DNA of 64,000 nt from Mobula hypostoma (Eukaryota), in contig NC_086106.1 of NCBI RefSeq assembly GCF_963921235.1, positions 23,932,001 to 23,996,000 of the forward strand. Direction: 5' to 3'. The stretch's first letter is position 1, and each line of letters opens with the position of its first letter. The notes beneath the pieces are model-generated. The model worked only from the letters and a program-made list of their open reading frames with translations, was not told the DNA's origin and ran no database searches. A program made the position numbers and the translations under genes. Below are positions 37,620-50,935 of the stretch, piece after piece.

Positions 37620-40600
37620 ATGTTTTCAGCCGCGGGAAGAGTTTAAAAGCGAGCAGAGTTGAAAAGGTCACGGTTATTTCTTCAGCGTTTGAACGGGGCA
37701 GGACTGCGCAAGCTCTTGGATGTCGGCCAGTGAGAACAGCTGGAAGAGTTTAAAAGTTAAACAGCTTTACAGAGCGGGATCAGAGCAACGGGCGTCGGAG
37801 TAGCGGGAGACAGAGTAGGAATATTTTGGATCACCGGAGCCTCGGCGATAAAGGGTCGAGGCTCGGCAGTTTACCTGTTTATCTGACGACAGAAAGTATG
37901 TGTCATCACATACGGGAGACAGAAGAAGGAGAAGTGGTGGCGCGAAACAGTGCGCATGGCCGTTCCAAATGAATATCGATATGTGTAAATCGGGGTGCTC
38001 TGCACAATCCAGATTTGATGGAGACAGCCGTGAGAAGTACAAAGAAACATCTGGCGATACTTCTGAAATGCCTTCTTCGCTGCCGCTGCTACTGTGCGAT
38101 CGAGAATCTCCGGAGACGAAGGCCCCAAATCTTCGGCTTTGCGTATCGCCTGTTGCTGTACCGGGGTAGAAACGCTCGGCAGAGTTGTTGGTCGGTGCAT
38201 CGGTGTCGGAGAGCTTGTCGGAGGCTCGGAATTTTCAGTCGGACTCGGAGTCGGCCTGTAGTCGGATGCTTCTGGTATGTTGCATCGGTAAGTTGGCGGC
38301 GCTGGAGGTTTAACGCCTGCGTGAGATGATGGGACTTCCGAAAGACTACGAGATTTTTACTGAGTAATGGTCTGTTCTGATAAAATTACGGCATTGCTTT
38401 GCACTGTTGTTGTTATAATATGTTAAAAGTCTGGGTGTTTTTTGTTAGTTTTTAAGTCGGTTTGACATGTGTTTTCGAAATATCATTCTGGAAAAAAAAT
38501 ATCATTTCTTAATGTATGCATTACTAAACGACAATAAAAGGGGACTGCGTTTCCTCATAATCATAATAATAATAATAATAAGCATAATGTGTGTAAGACC
38601 GGTTATCTCTGCTCGGTGTCAGATGTCGGAGGTCCAGGAGACTCCCGGCCTCCTGGACCCGCATACCTGCACCAGTTGTGTCGAGCTGCAGCTCCTTACG
38701 GACGGCGTTCGGAAACTGGAGCCGCAGTTCGATGGCCTTCGTCCGGTCAGGGAGAGTCAGGTGGTCATAAAGAGGACTAATAGGCAGGTAGTCACGCCGA
38801 GACCACAGGAGACAGATAAGAGGGCTATCAGGAGAGGAAAGTGCAAGAAGCAAGTACTAGAGAGTACCCCAGTTGCTGTATCCCTTAAAAATGAAAACTC
38901 TTGCCTGAGTACTGTTGGGGGTGGCGGGGTGGGGGCGTCCTAACTTGGGGAAGTGTTGTGGTTGCCCTCTGGCAAAAAATTGACCCTGTGTTTCAGAAGC
39001 GTAGGGAAAGGAAGATGATTGCAGCACTGATAAGGGCCTCTATAATTAAGGGTCAGAATAGCGATGCTGTGGACGCAGAAATGAAACGCGGATGGTAGTT
39101 TGCCTCCCAGGTGCCACAGGCCGGGATGCTTCTGATCGCGTCCACGATTTCGAAGTGGAAAGGAGAACAGCCAGGCGTCGTGGTACATATTGGTGCCAAA
39201 GACTTAAGTGGGAAACAGTAGGAGGTCCTGATAACAGACTACAGGCAGTAAGGAACGAAGTTGAGAAGCAGGACCTCAAAAGCAGCAAACGCGGGATTAC
39301 TGCCACTACCACGTGACAGCGAATATAGTAATACAATGAGGTGGAGGATAAATGCGTGGCTGACAGTTTGGAGCTAGGAACAGGGATTCAGATTTCTGGA
39401 TCATTGGGAACTCCTCTGGAGCATGCGTGACCTGTACGAAAAGGACGTGTGCACTGGAATCCGAGGGCACCAATATCCTCGCGGGAAGGTTTGCAAAGGA
39501 AATTGTTCAGAGTATAAACTAGAATGGTTGCGGGGATGGGAGGGGGGCGGGGCCGGGGGGTAATGACAACTGAACTGAAGTGACGGAGGAACGGCAGGTT
39601 GGTTCTCAAATACAGAAAGCTTAGGGGCACTGCAAAAGGGAGAATCGGCTGCGGGTAGAGAAGGGGCGTGCTCAATCCAACGGTTTGAGGTGTGTCCATT
39701 TTAATACCATGAGACCAATGAATAAAGCGGATGAGCTTAGAACGTTTATCAGTACTTTGTGCTATGATGTTGTGGCCATTACAGAGACCTGGATGGTGCA
39801 GGGTAAGAAATGGCTACTTCAAGTTCCAGACTCTAAACGTTTCAGAAAGACTAGGGAGGGGCAAAGGACGTGGGTATGTGGCACTGTCGATCCGAGATAG
39901 TTTCACGGCTGCAGAAAAGGAAGAAGTCAAGGAGAGAATAGGACCGATTAAGTGTGACAGAGAAGAAGAGCGTATGGGGCCAGAAGACGTAGCGGAGCTA
40001 CTTACTGAATATTTTGATTCAGTATTCACGACAGGAAAGAATCTAGGCTATTTTAAATATGACTTGCAGTGGACTGACAAGCTTGAGATTGTTTATATTA
40101 AGGAAGAGGATCGGGCGGGATGTACCTCAGTCTTTTGTGGGAAGCGAGGGAGGAGATTCCCGGCCTGTGGCCTGCGGAAGGGGTTCCAGAGGACTGAGGT
40201 GTTGAGGATGTTTTTCCCTTTTGACACACAGGGAATAGGGATAGCCCAAGAAATATAGGCCAGTGAGCCTTAATTCAGTGCTTGGTAAGTTGATGGAGAA
40301 GATGCTTGGAGGGAGATTTTTGAACATTTGGAGAGCCATAATATGATTAGGAATAGTCAGCATGGCTTTGTCAAAGACGGTCGTGCATTACAAGCCTGAT
40401 TGAAGTATTTGTGGATGTGACTATACACATGATGAAGGTAGAGCAGTAGAATTAGCATACATAGATTTTAGCAAAGGAATAAGGTACTCCATGCTGGCTT
40501 ATTGAGAACGTAAAGAGGTATGGGATCCAAGGGGACATGGCTTTGCGGATCCAGAACTGTCTTTCCCACAGAAGGCAAAGTGTGGTTGTGTACGGATCAT

Positions 40601-41535
40601 GTTCTGCATGGCAGCCAGTGACCAGTGTTCTGTGACCCCTACTTTTTGTGATTTTTATGATTGTCTTGGATGAGGAAACGGTGGAATGGGTTAGTAAATT
40701 TACCGATGACACAAAGGTTGGGGATGTTGCGGATAGTGTGGAGTGCTGTCAGAAATTCCAATGGGACATTGATAGGATGCAAAACCGTGCTGAGAAGTGG
40801 CAGATGGACTTCAAACCATATAAGTGTGAGATTGTTAATTCTGATAGGTCAAGTATGATAGCAGAATATAGCATTAATTGTAAGTTCTTGGAAGTGTGCA
40901 AGTTTAAAAGCATTCTGGGGATCAGAGTCCATAGGACCCTGAAAGCTGCTACAGAGGTTGACTTTATGGCCTTCATCAATCGTGGGACTGAGTTTAAGAA
41001 CTGAGAGGAAATGTTGCAAATATAAGGGACCCTGGTCAGACCCCACTTTGAGTACTGTGCTAAATTCTGGTGCCTCACTACAAGAAGGACGTAGAAACTA
41101 CAGAAAGGGTGCAGAGGAGATTTACAGGGATTTTGCCTGTATTGGGATAATCCCTTATGGGAATAGTTTGAGTGAACTCCGCCCTTTCTCCTTGTGCGAC
41201 GGAGGATGAGAGGTGACCTGATGGAGTTGTAAAAGATAATGAGAGACATTGATCGTGTAGTTAGTCAGAGGCTCTTCCCCAGGGCTGAAATAGCTAGCAC
41301 GAGAGGGCATCTTTTTAACGTGCTTGGAAGTGGGTACAGAAGAATTACCAGGTGAACATTTTTTTTCCGCAGAGCGTGGTGGGTAAGTGGGATGGGCTGC
41401 CGGCGGCGGTGATGGAGGCGGAAACGATAGCGTTTTTTGAAGAGACTCATGGATCTTCGAAATGTTGAGGGCTATGGGTAAAGCTTAGGTAGTTCTATGG
41501 TAGGGACATGTTCGACACAGCCTTGTGGGCTGAAG
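37620..41535 (+). mobile_element. CR1 LINE with 5-prime region, ORF1/esterase and internally deleted ORF2
   Basis: ORF1 CTSCVELQLLTDGVRKLE, VCLPGA, YDVVAITETW endonuclease start, KFTDDTKV, 3-prime tail near 41500-41535. Confidence 0.9.
37904..38586 (+). mobile_element. ~680-bp non-autonomous retroposon, copy 2
   Basis: Inserted at the CR1 ORF1 start; TSD ATGTGT (37898-37903, 38587-38592); ends GACAATAAAAGGGGACTGCGTTTCCTCATAATC(ATA)n. Confidence 0.8.
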
Positions 41536-41859
41536 GGACTGTATTGTCTATGTTTCTAAAGGATATACTGCAAATACAGTACACGATATCAATTCCGATG
41601 CCACGCAAATAAAGGCAGTCAAGTACTTAATAGGACAAGGCATTAAAGTGATGGAAGCCTTGGAACAACTGGTTGATGCTGGCTGGTTCTATTCTTGAAC
41701 CGAGGGCTGTGATTAATTGTTGCTTTTTTCATACGCAGTCGGTGTTAAAGTGGAAATTATTGTTCGTTCATTCTTCCTCGCTTTCCCGAAACTGGCACTT
41801 CCCTGCTTTTATTGCTAGAAAAGAAACGCATTTCGATTTCAATATAGACAAGCGGGATG

Positions 41860-42730
41860 CAATGCATTTCAAGAGGGTGTACCTGGCTCGGAATTACCCA
41901 CTATCTGGTAGGTTGCACTCTGTAGAGCAGAGACCTGTGGGGAAAAGTGCATGTTTCCTTGGATGTGGCTGTAGATGTGGATGGATTGAAAAGAAGGCAT
42001 ATGCCTTGCTTGCCATCACGGGAATGAATGCTGAGATCAGGAGATTGTACCACGGTTATAACTACAAGGCGGCATCAAAAATAATTCGTGAAGTTCTATT
42101 CTTGATTTATTTGGGTGCAGAAATTGCAGGAAAGACTTAGAAGGATGTTGAAAGGAATGTAAAGTCTGCGTTATCAGGAAAAGCTGGATCCGTGCAGCAG
42201 AAGAATGGACTTTTGGAAGATCAAACATGCACAAATAGGTGTTTTTTTCAGTGTGCTGTATGCATGAAAGTATGAGGAATATCTGGAGTACACAGATTAT
42301 ATTATAAAAGTTTGATAAGATTCACAAATGTATCCCCAGCAGCAAAGACATGCGTTGAGGGAAACTTGGCAATCTGGATTCAGAATTGGCTTCCCCACAG
42401 AGAGCTTGGTCCGATAATAAAAGGAGATTATCTGACAAATTTAGAAAGTAGAGACATACTTAAAAAAAATAAACATGGTCGTCCTTTTCGAACGGAGATG
42501 AGGATGGATATCTTTGGCCCAAGAATGGGGATACTGTGGTATGCTTTGCAACGCACAGCTTCCTGGGCCAAATCTGTATCTATATTTATGACAGAGGTTG
42601 ATTGATTCTTGATTGGCCAGGGTAAAAGCGATAAGGGGAGTAGAAAGGCGATAGGGATCGAAAGGAGAAAGCGATTAGCCATCATGAAATAGCGGGTGGA
42701 ACTCTGTAGGCCCAAATGGTCTAAATCTCG
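41860..42730 (+). mobile_element. Decayed CR1 fragments
   Basis: EKKAYALLA, NLAIWIQNWL and FRTEMRMDIF remnants. Confidence 0.65.
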
Positions 42731-42999
42731 CCCTATGTTTTTTGTGTTATTCACTATATGCTGTGTTTCTGGTACACTATGCACAGAACGAAGATTGTGG
42801 GGCCAGATCGTTGTGTAAATTCGTTCTGTCTGCAACAGGGTAGATGCCAATGCATCCCAACCATTAGAAGTTCATTATCATATCCTTTCTAGCATGTCGG
42901 CCATGCCCTCTTCTTCTATCCTGAAGTAATTCCCGCATTCGGTTACGATAACGCCTAAAATGATGGAATGAACGTCTATTCTGTTCAAATTCATTCCCC

Positions 43000-43260
43000 A
43001 TTTCAGGCTTCCATCAATCGCCTTTCTCCTCTCCATTATCACTCTTCTCAGGTTCCACCCCTGTTAAATACTCATTCCTCTCTACTTTCTTCTACTTACT
43101 TCAGCACTTTACCTATTGCACCTACGATGTCCCAGCTAGACAATTCATGTCCCTCCATTCTTACCGCCACCTGGATTAATTTCTCAACATCCTTGTTGTA
43201 CTTTTACTCCCATCTACCTTCTAGGGCTCTCTTCTTCCCTATTCCTTTCCAGTCAGCAAT
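43000..43260 (+). mobile_element. Decayed Penelope-like pyrimidine-rich 3-prime region
   Basis: CT-rich tract ending CCTATTCCTTTCCAGTC, as in the Penelope copies at 18.9 and 62.5 kb. Confidence 0.5.
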
Positions 43261-44659
43261 AACCGCATGCATTTTCTATAAGATTAATGATGTTTCCATT
43301 ATCAGAACTGTTCAGCACTATTCACAGAATCGATCCCAGTATATTCCAAGCAATACATCTTTTTATGGTAGCTCGTGACGTTCAGAAACTGAGAGACGAC
43401 ATTGAGTGCTATATTTTTCAAAGGTCTGCAGTGCAGAAACGATTTGAACGTTGTTACCATGGGGAATTAAGGATTTTCTGTCACAACTCGAACTAGATAT
43501 TTCAATTCATGCTAAAAATTATGAAGCTCAAGAATCACACTGATATCGAAGATGCTGTACTGCACGCAAACTAGGATTAAAGACAAATAAACAGATTAAT
43601 TATTTCCATGTTCCCATTTGGTCGTCATGTTTTACAGGAGTTGTGCGTAAGACGGATGTTGACAAGTATGAAAGCGATTTAGTTGGGTTTGGGGTTAAAA
43701 AGGATACATTGATTTTGATGGTTCGAACATGAGTATACCGATAGGATAACTGCATTTGCTTCCACAAGTTGCATTTCTAGCGAAATGAGCACAGGCTTCC
43801 ATGTTTAATAATACCGTGAAATTTCATTATGATAAACCTCCAAAGCATATTTTCAGTTCTTTTTCTAGAACGTGAGAAATCTAAATCAAATGACCCAGGG
43901 GCATTCGGAATTAAGTGAGAAAAAGGACTCGATTTATGTTTGCTCTGTGTGCATCGTCGGGAAACACAGACATATGTGCTGCAGATATAAACCGTATGTT
44001 CATTAACAGAATGCCCAGAGAAACACGATGTTGCTTCTCAGAAATAATAAAATAAGGACCAACTAAATGTAAGTAGCGAACGTATGTCTCACTCTTCCAT
44101 GTTCCCTATGCCTTGTGGATCGCAGTGCGCCCGGGATAAAGTGACAAAGAGAGTTTCATGATTTGATAATCACAGCTCGCACCCTGTCAGGAAAACAAGG
44201 TAACATAATTTAATATAATGTGTGTCTGCACCGGACGAAAAAACAATATCAGAATTATTGCATCCACTTCAATCATTCAGGTATGTTTTGAGTGAACTAA
44301 CTTGCACATGATCAAGGAAGCCGCCACAATAAGAGAAGACACTGTTATCAAAGAATATATTTCATCTGTCACAGGCTACAAATAAGCTTGCAGAACACGT
44401 TGGTTCCTCAAAAACTGTTTCAGCCAGACGTCGTGAGATTGTTTTAGCGCTCATGATGCATGCAAACTGGATTTCAAAGCCAAGTGATGCGTGGATAGCT
44501 GCATGGATCCTGAGTTCTGCAGGGCTCTGGTCTGGGTGCAGATCGAAACGCCGAAGTAGTTTATGACTCTATGACTGTTTACGGTTGATAACACAAGGCT
44601 CCATGACGTATGCCATTACACCTAACATGCACCTGGTGACAACACATTTTAAAAGAGGG

Positions 44660-45610
44660 ACATTTGTGTCAGAATGTTGCTTCTAGACTTCAGTTCGGTA
44701 TTCAACATTATTGTCCCATTGACCTTAGTCAGATGACTCCTCCTCCGCGTTCTAAGTTTACTATTGCAAAAATGTACAAAACGCTGCTGCTCATAATAAT
44801 AATAATAAACTTCATATAGGCAGCATGCACAACTGCTCCAACCTCACTAGCATCTTTAACACAGGTACCACCCAGAATAATCTGTTGACCCCACTATTGT
44901 ACGCTCGGTTCACAAACGACCACAGGGCCAACATCCTGAGCAGTCATATTGTCAAGTTTGCCGAAGACACGGCAATGGAGGGACTCATCAGCAAACACCA
45001 TGAAACGGCTTAAAGAAATAAGGTGCAAGGGCATACCTCTGGGTGGCAGGGAATTAATACCTTCAAATATGTGACCAAAACAAAGTCGATGCCGGCTGAC
45101 TTTAGGACAACACGGACTACGCAGACCGTTGTGTGCATCGGCGATAGAGTGGAAAAGGCGGAAAAAGATTCAGTCACCAGGGTGCATATATCTTGCAACG
45201 TTTTATGGTCCAGGAGCACATCCTGAACAATCGGGAAGCGGAAGACCCCCTATGTTTGATTGTTTGTTTTTCCTGAGCGAAACAGAGTGCTGGATTAATC
45301 CCATGTGTACTCACATCTACCTATATATGCACAGCAGAGAATATTGTGACTTGCTGCAACACTGCCTGATCAGGAAACAACCCTGCAGTGGACAGGGAGG
45401 TTGTACAGCGGTGAGTCAAAACATCCCAAAATATAATCAATACAATCCTACACGCCATCAAAGGCATAGATACAGAAAGATGCCCGAAAATGGCCAGTGA
45501 CATCATGAATGGAACAAGTCACCCAGCTCGTAAACGACTTGACACAGACTCATCAGTATAGAGGTGAGATAGCCATCAGATTGGGATCGCCAGGCTCGAA
45601 ATAGTTCGCC
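44660..45610 (+). mobile_element. Decayed Rex1/L2-like LINE RT fragment
   Basis: DFSSVFNII, HIVKFAEDT.MEGLISK, KTKSM.ADFR and VVQR remnants. Confidence 0.75.
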
Positions 45611-45654
45611 CTGATGAATGAGGCTGGAGAAGTGACTTGTAGCTCAATAAGGAG

Positions 45655-45900
45655 AGACTGAGAGAGAGAACGAATGTGTGTTAGGATGAAAGTACCGTGA
45701 GATTGGCGGCTGAAAATACTGGAGTGAGACAAGGATTAATTTATTGCGGGGAGAGGAAAGCGACAGAAAGAGAGACAGACAGACAGACAGAGGAGAGAAA
45801 GATCAACACAGAGAGAGCGAGAGACAGACAGATAGACAGAGTCAGAGAAGAGAGATCAACACAGAGAGAGGGAGAGTGAGAAAGAGAGAGGGAGACAGAT
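45655..45900. repeat. GA/GACA-rich simple repeat
   Basis: Degenerate AGAG/ACAG units. Confidence 0.8.
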
Positions 45901-46366
45901 GAAAAGAACCAGACTGACAGTTATCTTTGCACCAAAATATTAACGGATGCTCTACAAGGAAAACATCTATCAGCTTCGACTGTAATTCCGGACACTTCCA
46001 AACAAGCATATGCATATAAACAATCTCTCTTTCTCTCGCTTCCGACACATACACACATACACGCGCGCGCGCACAAACGCACATACACAGACACACACAA
46101 ACTGTTGAGCGATTATGTTTGAATGCCATATCTTATATTTGTGTTGCCGTGTTAATGTATATTTCTGAAAAGAAATGAGATAGCAGTGGCTATACACCTC
46201 ACTGCAAAATAGGAAAGAGCGGTGCGGTTACACCATTGCCGAATCTTCACAGATGAAGGCGAGGGAAACTTAAACAGGAGCGCTTGGTGGTGGAAACCAC
46301 AATAAGAAAACAAGTGTAAAGATATATCCAGCTGAAGCGCTCAGAACATGAATTCTACAATACGTG

Positions 46367-46405
46367 AGTTTTTGTGCGGGCATTTAGCTGGAGTACATCA
46401 CTGTG
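46367..46405 (-). other. Consensus 23-bp-spacer RSS of the - strand V
   Basis: On -: heptamer CACAGTG (46405-46399), 23-nt spacer, nonamer ACAAAAACT (46375-46367). Confidence 0.95.
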
Positions 46406-46864
46406 CGGCAAAGGGCGTAGTAATAAACTGCAGAGTCGCTCATTTCCAGTTTTGAGATAGAGACATTAAATGACTTTCTTCCCTTGTCCAGAGAGATTTT
46501 GAACCGTGCTTTGGCAAAATCGGCTTTATTTCCAGAACCATCAGAATCTTTGTACAGTATGTACTCGAAACTTTGTTCTGGCCTTTGTCGGTACCAATAT
46601 AAATAATAGTAGTTCCATGCAGTATTATAAGTGCAGCTCAACGTCACAGCCTCCTCTTCAGTCTTCACTGCCCGTGACGGTGTCTGAGTGACGGAGTTTG
46701 CATAACTCGTATCTAAAATATAATGTAAAAAAAAAGTTATATGAACGTTGTTTTTTTTTTCAGAATTCAGTTTCGAGAAGGCTTATGAGTTTTTTTGCTG
46801 CGCACAAACCAATTAACAATGCTCCACAGAAAATCCAGATGACGAACCACAACATCTTTTTCAT
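46406..46864 (-). CDS. TRAV/TRDV: T-cell receptor alpha/delta-type V gene segment, open frame but second conserved Cys replaced by Tyr (leader 46864-46810, intron 46809-46713, V exon 46712-46406)
   Basis: Leader MKKMLWFVIWIFCGALLI with GTTTGT donor; ttttag acceptor; V DTSYANSVTQTPSRAVKTEEEAVTLSCTYNTAWNYYYLYWYRQRPE...RFKISLDK...LEMSDSAVYYYALC; adjoining consensus RSS. Confidence 0.9.
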
Positions 46865-47215
46865 AAAGGATGGGTTAAGTGATTTTCTCTTCAACGGATT
46901 TTTGCTAGTCGTCAAGAAGTTCCGATTCTACCGTTTAAGTGGCGGTCCAGTTGATATAATGAGCAGGCAATGAAAACACCCAATGGAAATGCCGCCTCTT
47001 GATACATGCTCCGCCTATCTCCCCAGATGCCACCAGGGCCATGCACCTCACGGAAAAAGCGTCAGTCATTTTTTTGTTGTTGTTTTCTACCACGAAAACT
47101 TGTCATTATCCGAGACAGAAGAACACATTCTCACTCGTTACATGCAGAAAAAGAATTTTATTGAGAAGATTCAGAGAGAAATAAATGAGTCGGAGTCGGA
47201 GTAGGTTCCGCAGAA

Positions 47216-47218
<3 letters not shown>

Positions 47219-47250
<32 letters not shown>
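47219..47250. repeat. (TG)n microsatellite
   Basis: Direct inspection. Confidence 0.95.
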
Positions 47251-47252
<2 letters not shown>

Positions 47253-50200
47253 AAGTGTCTGCGTATCTTGTGTGCTTCTGTATGTGGGAGAGAGAGAGAG
47301 TGGGAGAGACAGACACTGATAGACAGTCTGAAAGTCTGAAAATGTGTGCGGAAAGCAAGGGAAAGAAGACATAATTTTTTTTTTGTGCCAAACACCACAT
47401 GGTGATGTTATACTGGTTAGAAGCAGGCAGAGAAAGAGAAATAGAAAAGTGCATTTTCGAACAACTGGCATTTGACTGACGAGAGTTCCTATAGAGATTT
47501 CCCAACGTCGCATCAGATAATACAAACCTTGGCTTCATCATGATAGCGACTCCATCAAGTAAATCAGATGCTTCAGAAGAAGTGACGAAATCTCCTGATC
47601 CCTGTTGACCCTCTCCCGGGCTGAGACAGCACTCTGATGACATAGAACTGCAACCCTAGAAATAACATTTTCCGTGGTACAGTCGATCGACATGCCAAAG
47701 AGATGCATGGTGGAAATTCTAAGAGTGAGCTTCTTGTCGACTATCAGCAAAACACCGATAACTACAGAGACGAATCTCAGACGGATGTCGGTTCCTGAAA
47801 CATATGAATTAGAGCACATATCAAGGGGAGTTCAAAGTTACAAAGAATGCTAAAGTAATTTGACCACGTCACTCAGGAACTGCAGTTCTGTACCATGGAG
47901 TTATTTTCCCGTATTATAGTGTATAATTATATCTGTTTCTCGGTTTCTATCCTTTCGCACTTTCAATTGCTCCTTCTTTCTCTCTAAAAGCGTGCGCGAT
48001 GTGTTTGAGTTTGTTTGTGTGTGTGCTCACATTTTTCCATTCCTAATTCGCTGTCTCTTTAATGTTGAAGTGCAAATTGACGCTTAGCAACACCCAGGGC
48101 AGAGTTCTGGGCCTACTTGCCACAATTGGTTGGCTGCGATGGCGTGCAGATATATGGTGTAGTACCAGAGAGGGGCCAGGAGAATATTTACATGTAATCC
48201 TTCCATCATTCTATGGCTCAGGTTAAAACCAGTCCATACATTCTGGACACTATTGGACTAACCCAACGTATGGCGGCAGAGATGCAATTGCTCCTCGCTG
48301 AAAATAAACACATGAATTTTCGACAAACCAGGAAAGCATGATACCTACGGTACAAATATTGCCCATTTTCACAGAATTTCACAGGGCGGCGCAGCCAATT
48401 CAGCTTTAAGAAGCACAAAAAATGAATACCGTGCACCTTAATATCTCTTACTGTTTCACTTTCTCTCCATGTCTGTCACACTCTCTCTCCCCTTCTCTAA
48501 TTCTATCTCTGTCAGTATCCCTGTATATCTTACTGTTTATCCCTACTCCCATTCTTTCTCTATCACTCTCGTTATATTTATCTCTCCACGTCCGCCTTAC
48601 TTGGCCATCCATACTGTTGTCCCTTTCAGTTTCCTTGATATATGGGTCATTTGTATTTTATCGTTTTTTTTTTAAATTAGGAATCCTCTCTTTCTTCCCC
48701 GCCATATCTCTCTTCTCTCTCTCCCCCTCACTCTATTATTCTCAGTGCCTTTCTATACTGCTACTCTATCCACCTGTCCTCTTCGTCTGTCTCGCTGATA
48801 GTCTGCTGCGTATCTTTCTGTAATTACTTCGTTTCTATTGCTTTCCCTCTGTCTTCACCTCACTCGCCTTGTACTCTTAGTGCTTGTGCGTGTGCTAATT
48901 CTATTGTCATCTCCCATCCTTACCCTCATCTCTCTCATTTTTTTTTTATTTTCCCTTGTGTCGGCTACTCCGACAGTCCTGCACGTATTGGTTTCACACC
49001 ACAGACGTTTTCCCTAGAGAGTTTCATAACGATAGGATAGTAAACTGACACGTTACCCCTCCAGCGTATGATTTTCTGTCTGTATCCTCGTTCTGTCCCC
49101 TAAAAAAAAGGCTTTTCTTCCCTCTCTTGCGCAATATTTCTCTCAGTGTATTCACAGACGCCACAGGGGCTCGGGATTAGCACGGCTCGGCAATTGTTCC
49201 TGTCATTTCGGAGTTCCTAGTTAAATTCCGGAGCTTTGTTGCAAATAGACTTCACAGTGCAATACGTGCGGTTTCCTCGTATATTCAAGTTTGCATAACA
49301 GAACAAAGATGCACGGGGTAGGTTAACAAGAAAATGTAAATAGATCCGTGAATAGCTGGAGATGATTTGTTTTGTCGGCAGTTGCTGGTACGGCGTAACT
49401 CAAGGGTTCTTAGGTCCTTCTCCGCGCCGTATCACTGCAATTGAAAAACAATAAGAATAAACCAATCTTGCTTAATATGCCAGAATACTTTAATCGGTGA
49501 CAGGCCACTAAAGTAACAGATTTCACCTGCAAATCTGTTTTGCGGTGTGTTTATTCTCTCATTTTTTTTCTATTTTTTCGAAAAGATGGCACGCTAAATA
49601 TGCATAGAAACTGCCGCAGAAACTCATTTCCCATCTTCTTTTAGCTCTGTCACGATGTATGGTAGGGAAAGTAATGATTGCAAGCCATTGTTCCCATTTC
49701 GAAAGTTCTGAATGAATGCCATGGTCGCCGGAATGGAGCGTTAAGGAGAGCGCATTCTGCAACAAATGGAGTGTCCTCATCATTTCTGCAACAATATGGG
49801 GTCCATGTACGTACTGACGCACTGCAGAGAAAGAGGACGGGATTGATTGGACATGACGCTGGGCAGTTTGATCCGTAAAATCTGGCAGGGATGGCTTTCA
49901 CCGCCAGAATGCACAACATCATTCTCTCTGTTCTTCTCTATAGATATCCAAATTGGTGAACTGATCGTAAGTGTGTTATTCTCCTGAATCATTTCATGAA
50001 AACTGAAGACAACCTATGTACCTTTCAAGCTATTTTTATGAACTGTTGCTCTCAAGGAAGTCAAACAATCATGATCAGTGCACGTAGGAATAATGATAAT
50101 TATCTGTGAAGCGAAGTCCTATGTTTGCAGTAACAGCTTCTTAATCCTTGACTCCCTTTAATTCATAACCGGATCACATCACGCTCAATCATTTTTATGC

Positions 50201-50344
50201 ACCCTTCTGCAGGTCGTGGAAATATACGTGAACTATAGTTTGTGTGAGTGATGCTGTGGAAATGATGCAAATCAAATGAACATGAAAACAATAAAATACG
50301 ACCTCTCACGACCAACTTTGCCTTCCATACCTGGTCTGCTTCCC

Positions 50345-50935
50345 ACATGTTGTTCGTCCATCGTCAACGTCGATGAGGACTTCCACACCATTATGATCGT
50401 GTCGAGACTAGTGCTTGATTTGAAGTGAGGGAGAGCTGCGCAGCGTCCGTCTCACTCTTCCTTCCCAATTCTCATCTGGATACAGTGGAAAGACAGAAAC
50501 GATATGGCTGAAAATGGGACTAGGATCAGTGGATGACCAGGGCGTATTTTGTGTCTTGTCCTGCTTTACACGTTCCACGACGTTTGCAGAGACCACCTTC
50601 TTGACTTTTGGACCTTCCGTTGGTCTCGTAGCTCAATCCGCCGGAGTCTGTCTTCACATGCTGGGATAGACAACTCCCTAGCTAACTGAGGGTTCGAGAC
50701 CCGTCGGCTACCCTCACCGAGTTTAGCTGGTTTGTCGAAGACTTTGCTCAGTGTATGGCCGCTGCCAATTGCAAACAGCTACGGGGAGTCAAGGATGTGA
50801 AATGAGTATCAGGTGGGGACCAAAGGGGACCTTGCGAACGACGCGAACCCACCAGAGGTTGGTCCCCTCCCTGACACCCCATACACCCCGCTACCCACAT
50901 CCGACACAGCCTTCAGAAGATTGTGCTTTGCAGAA
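50345..50935 (-). mobile_element. Probable short interspersed retroposon-like repeat, unclassified
   Basis: GC-richer ~590-bp block in AT-rich DNA, ending on - in GACGAACAAC; no second copy in the window. Confidence 0.3.
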
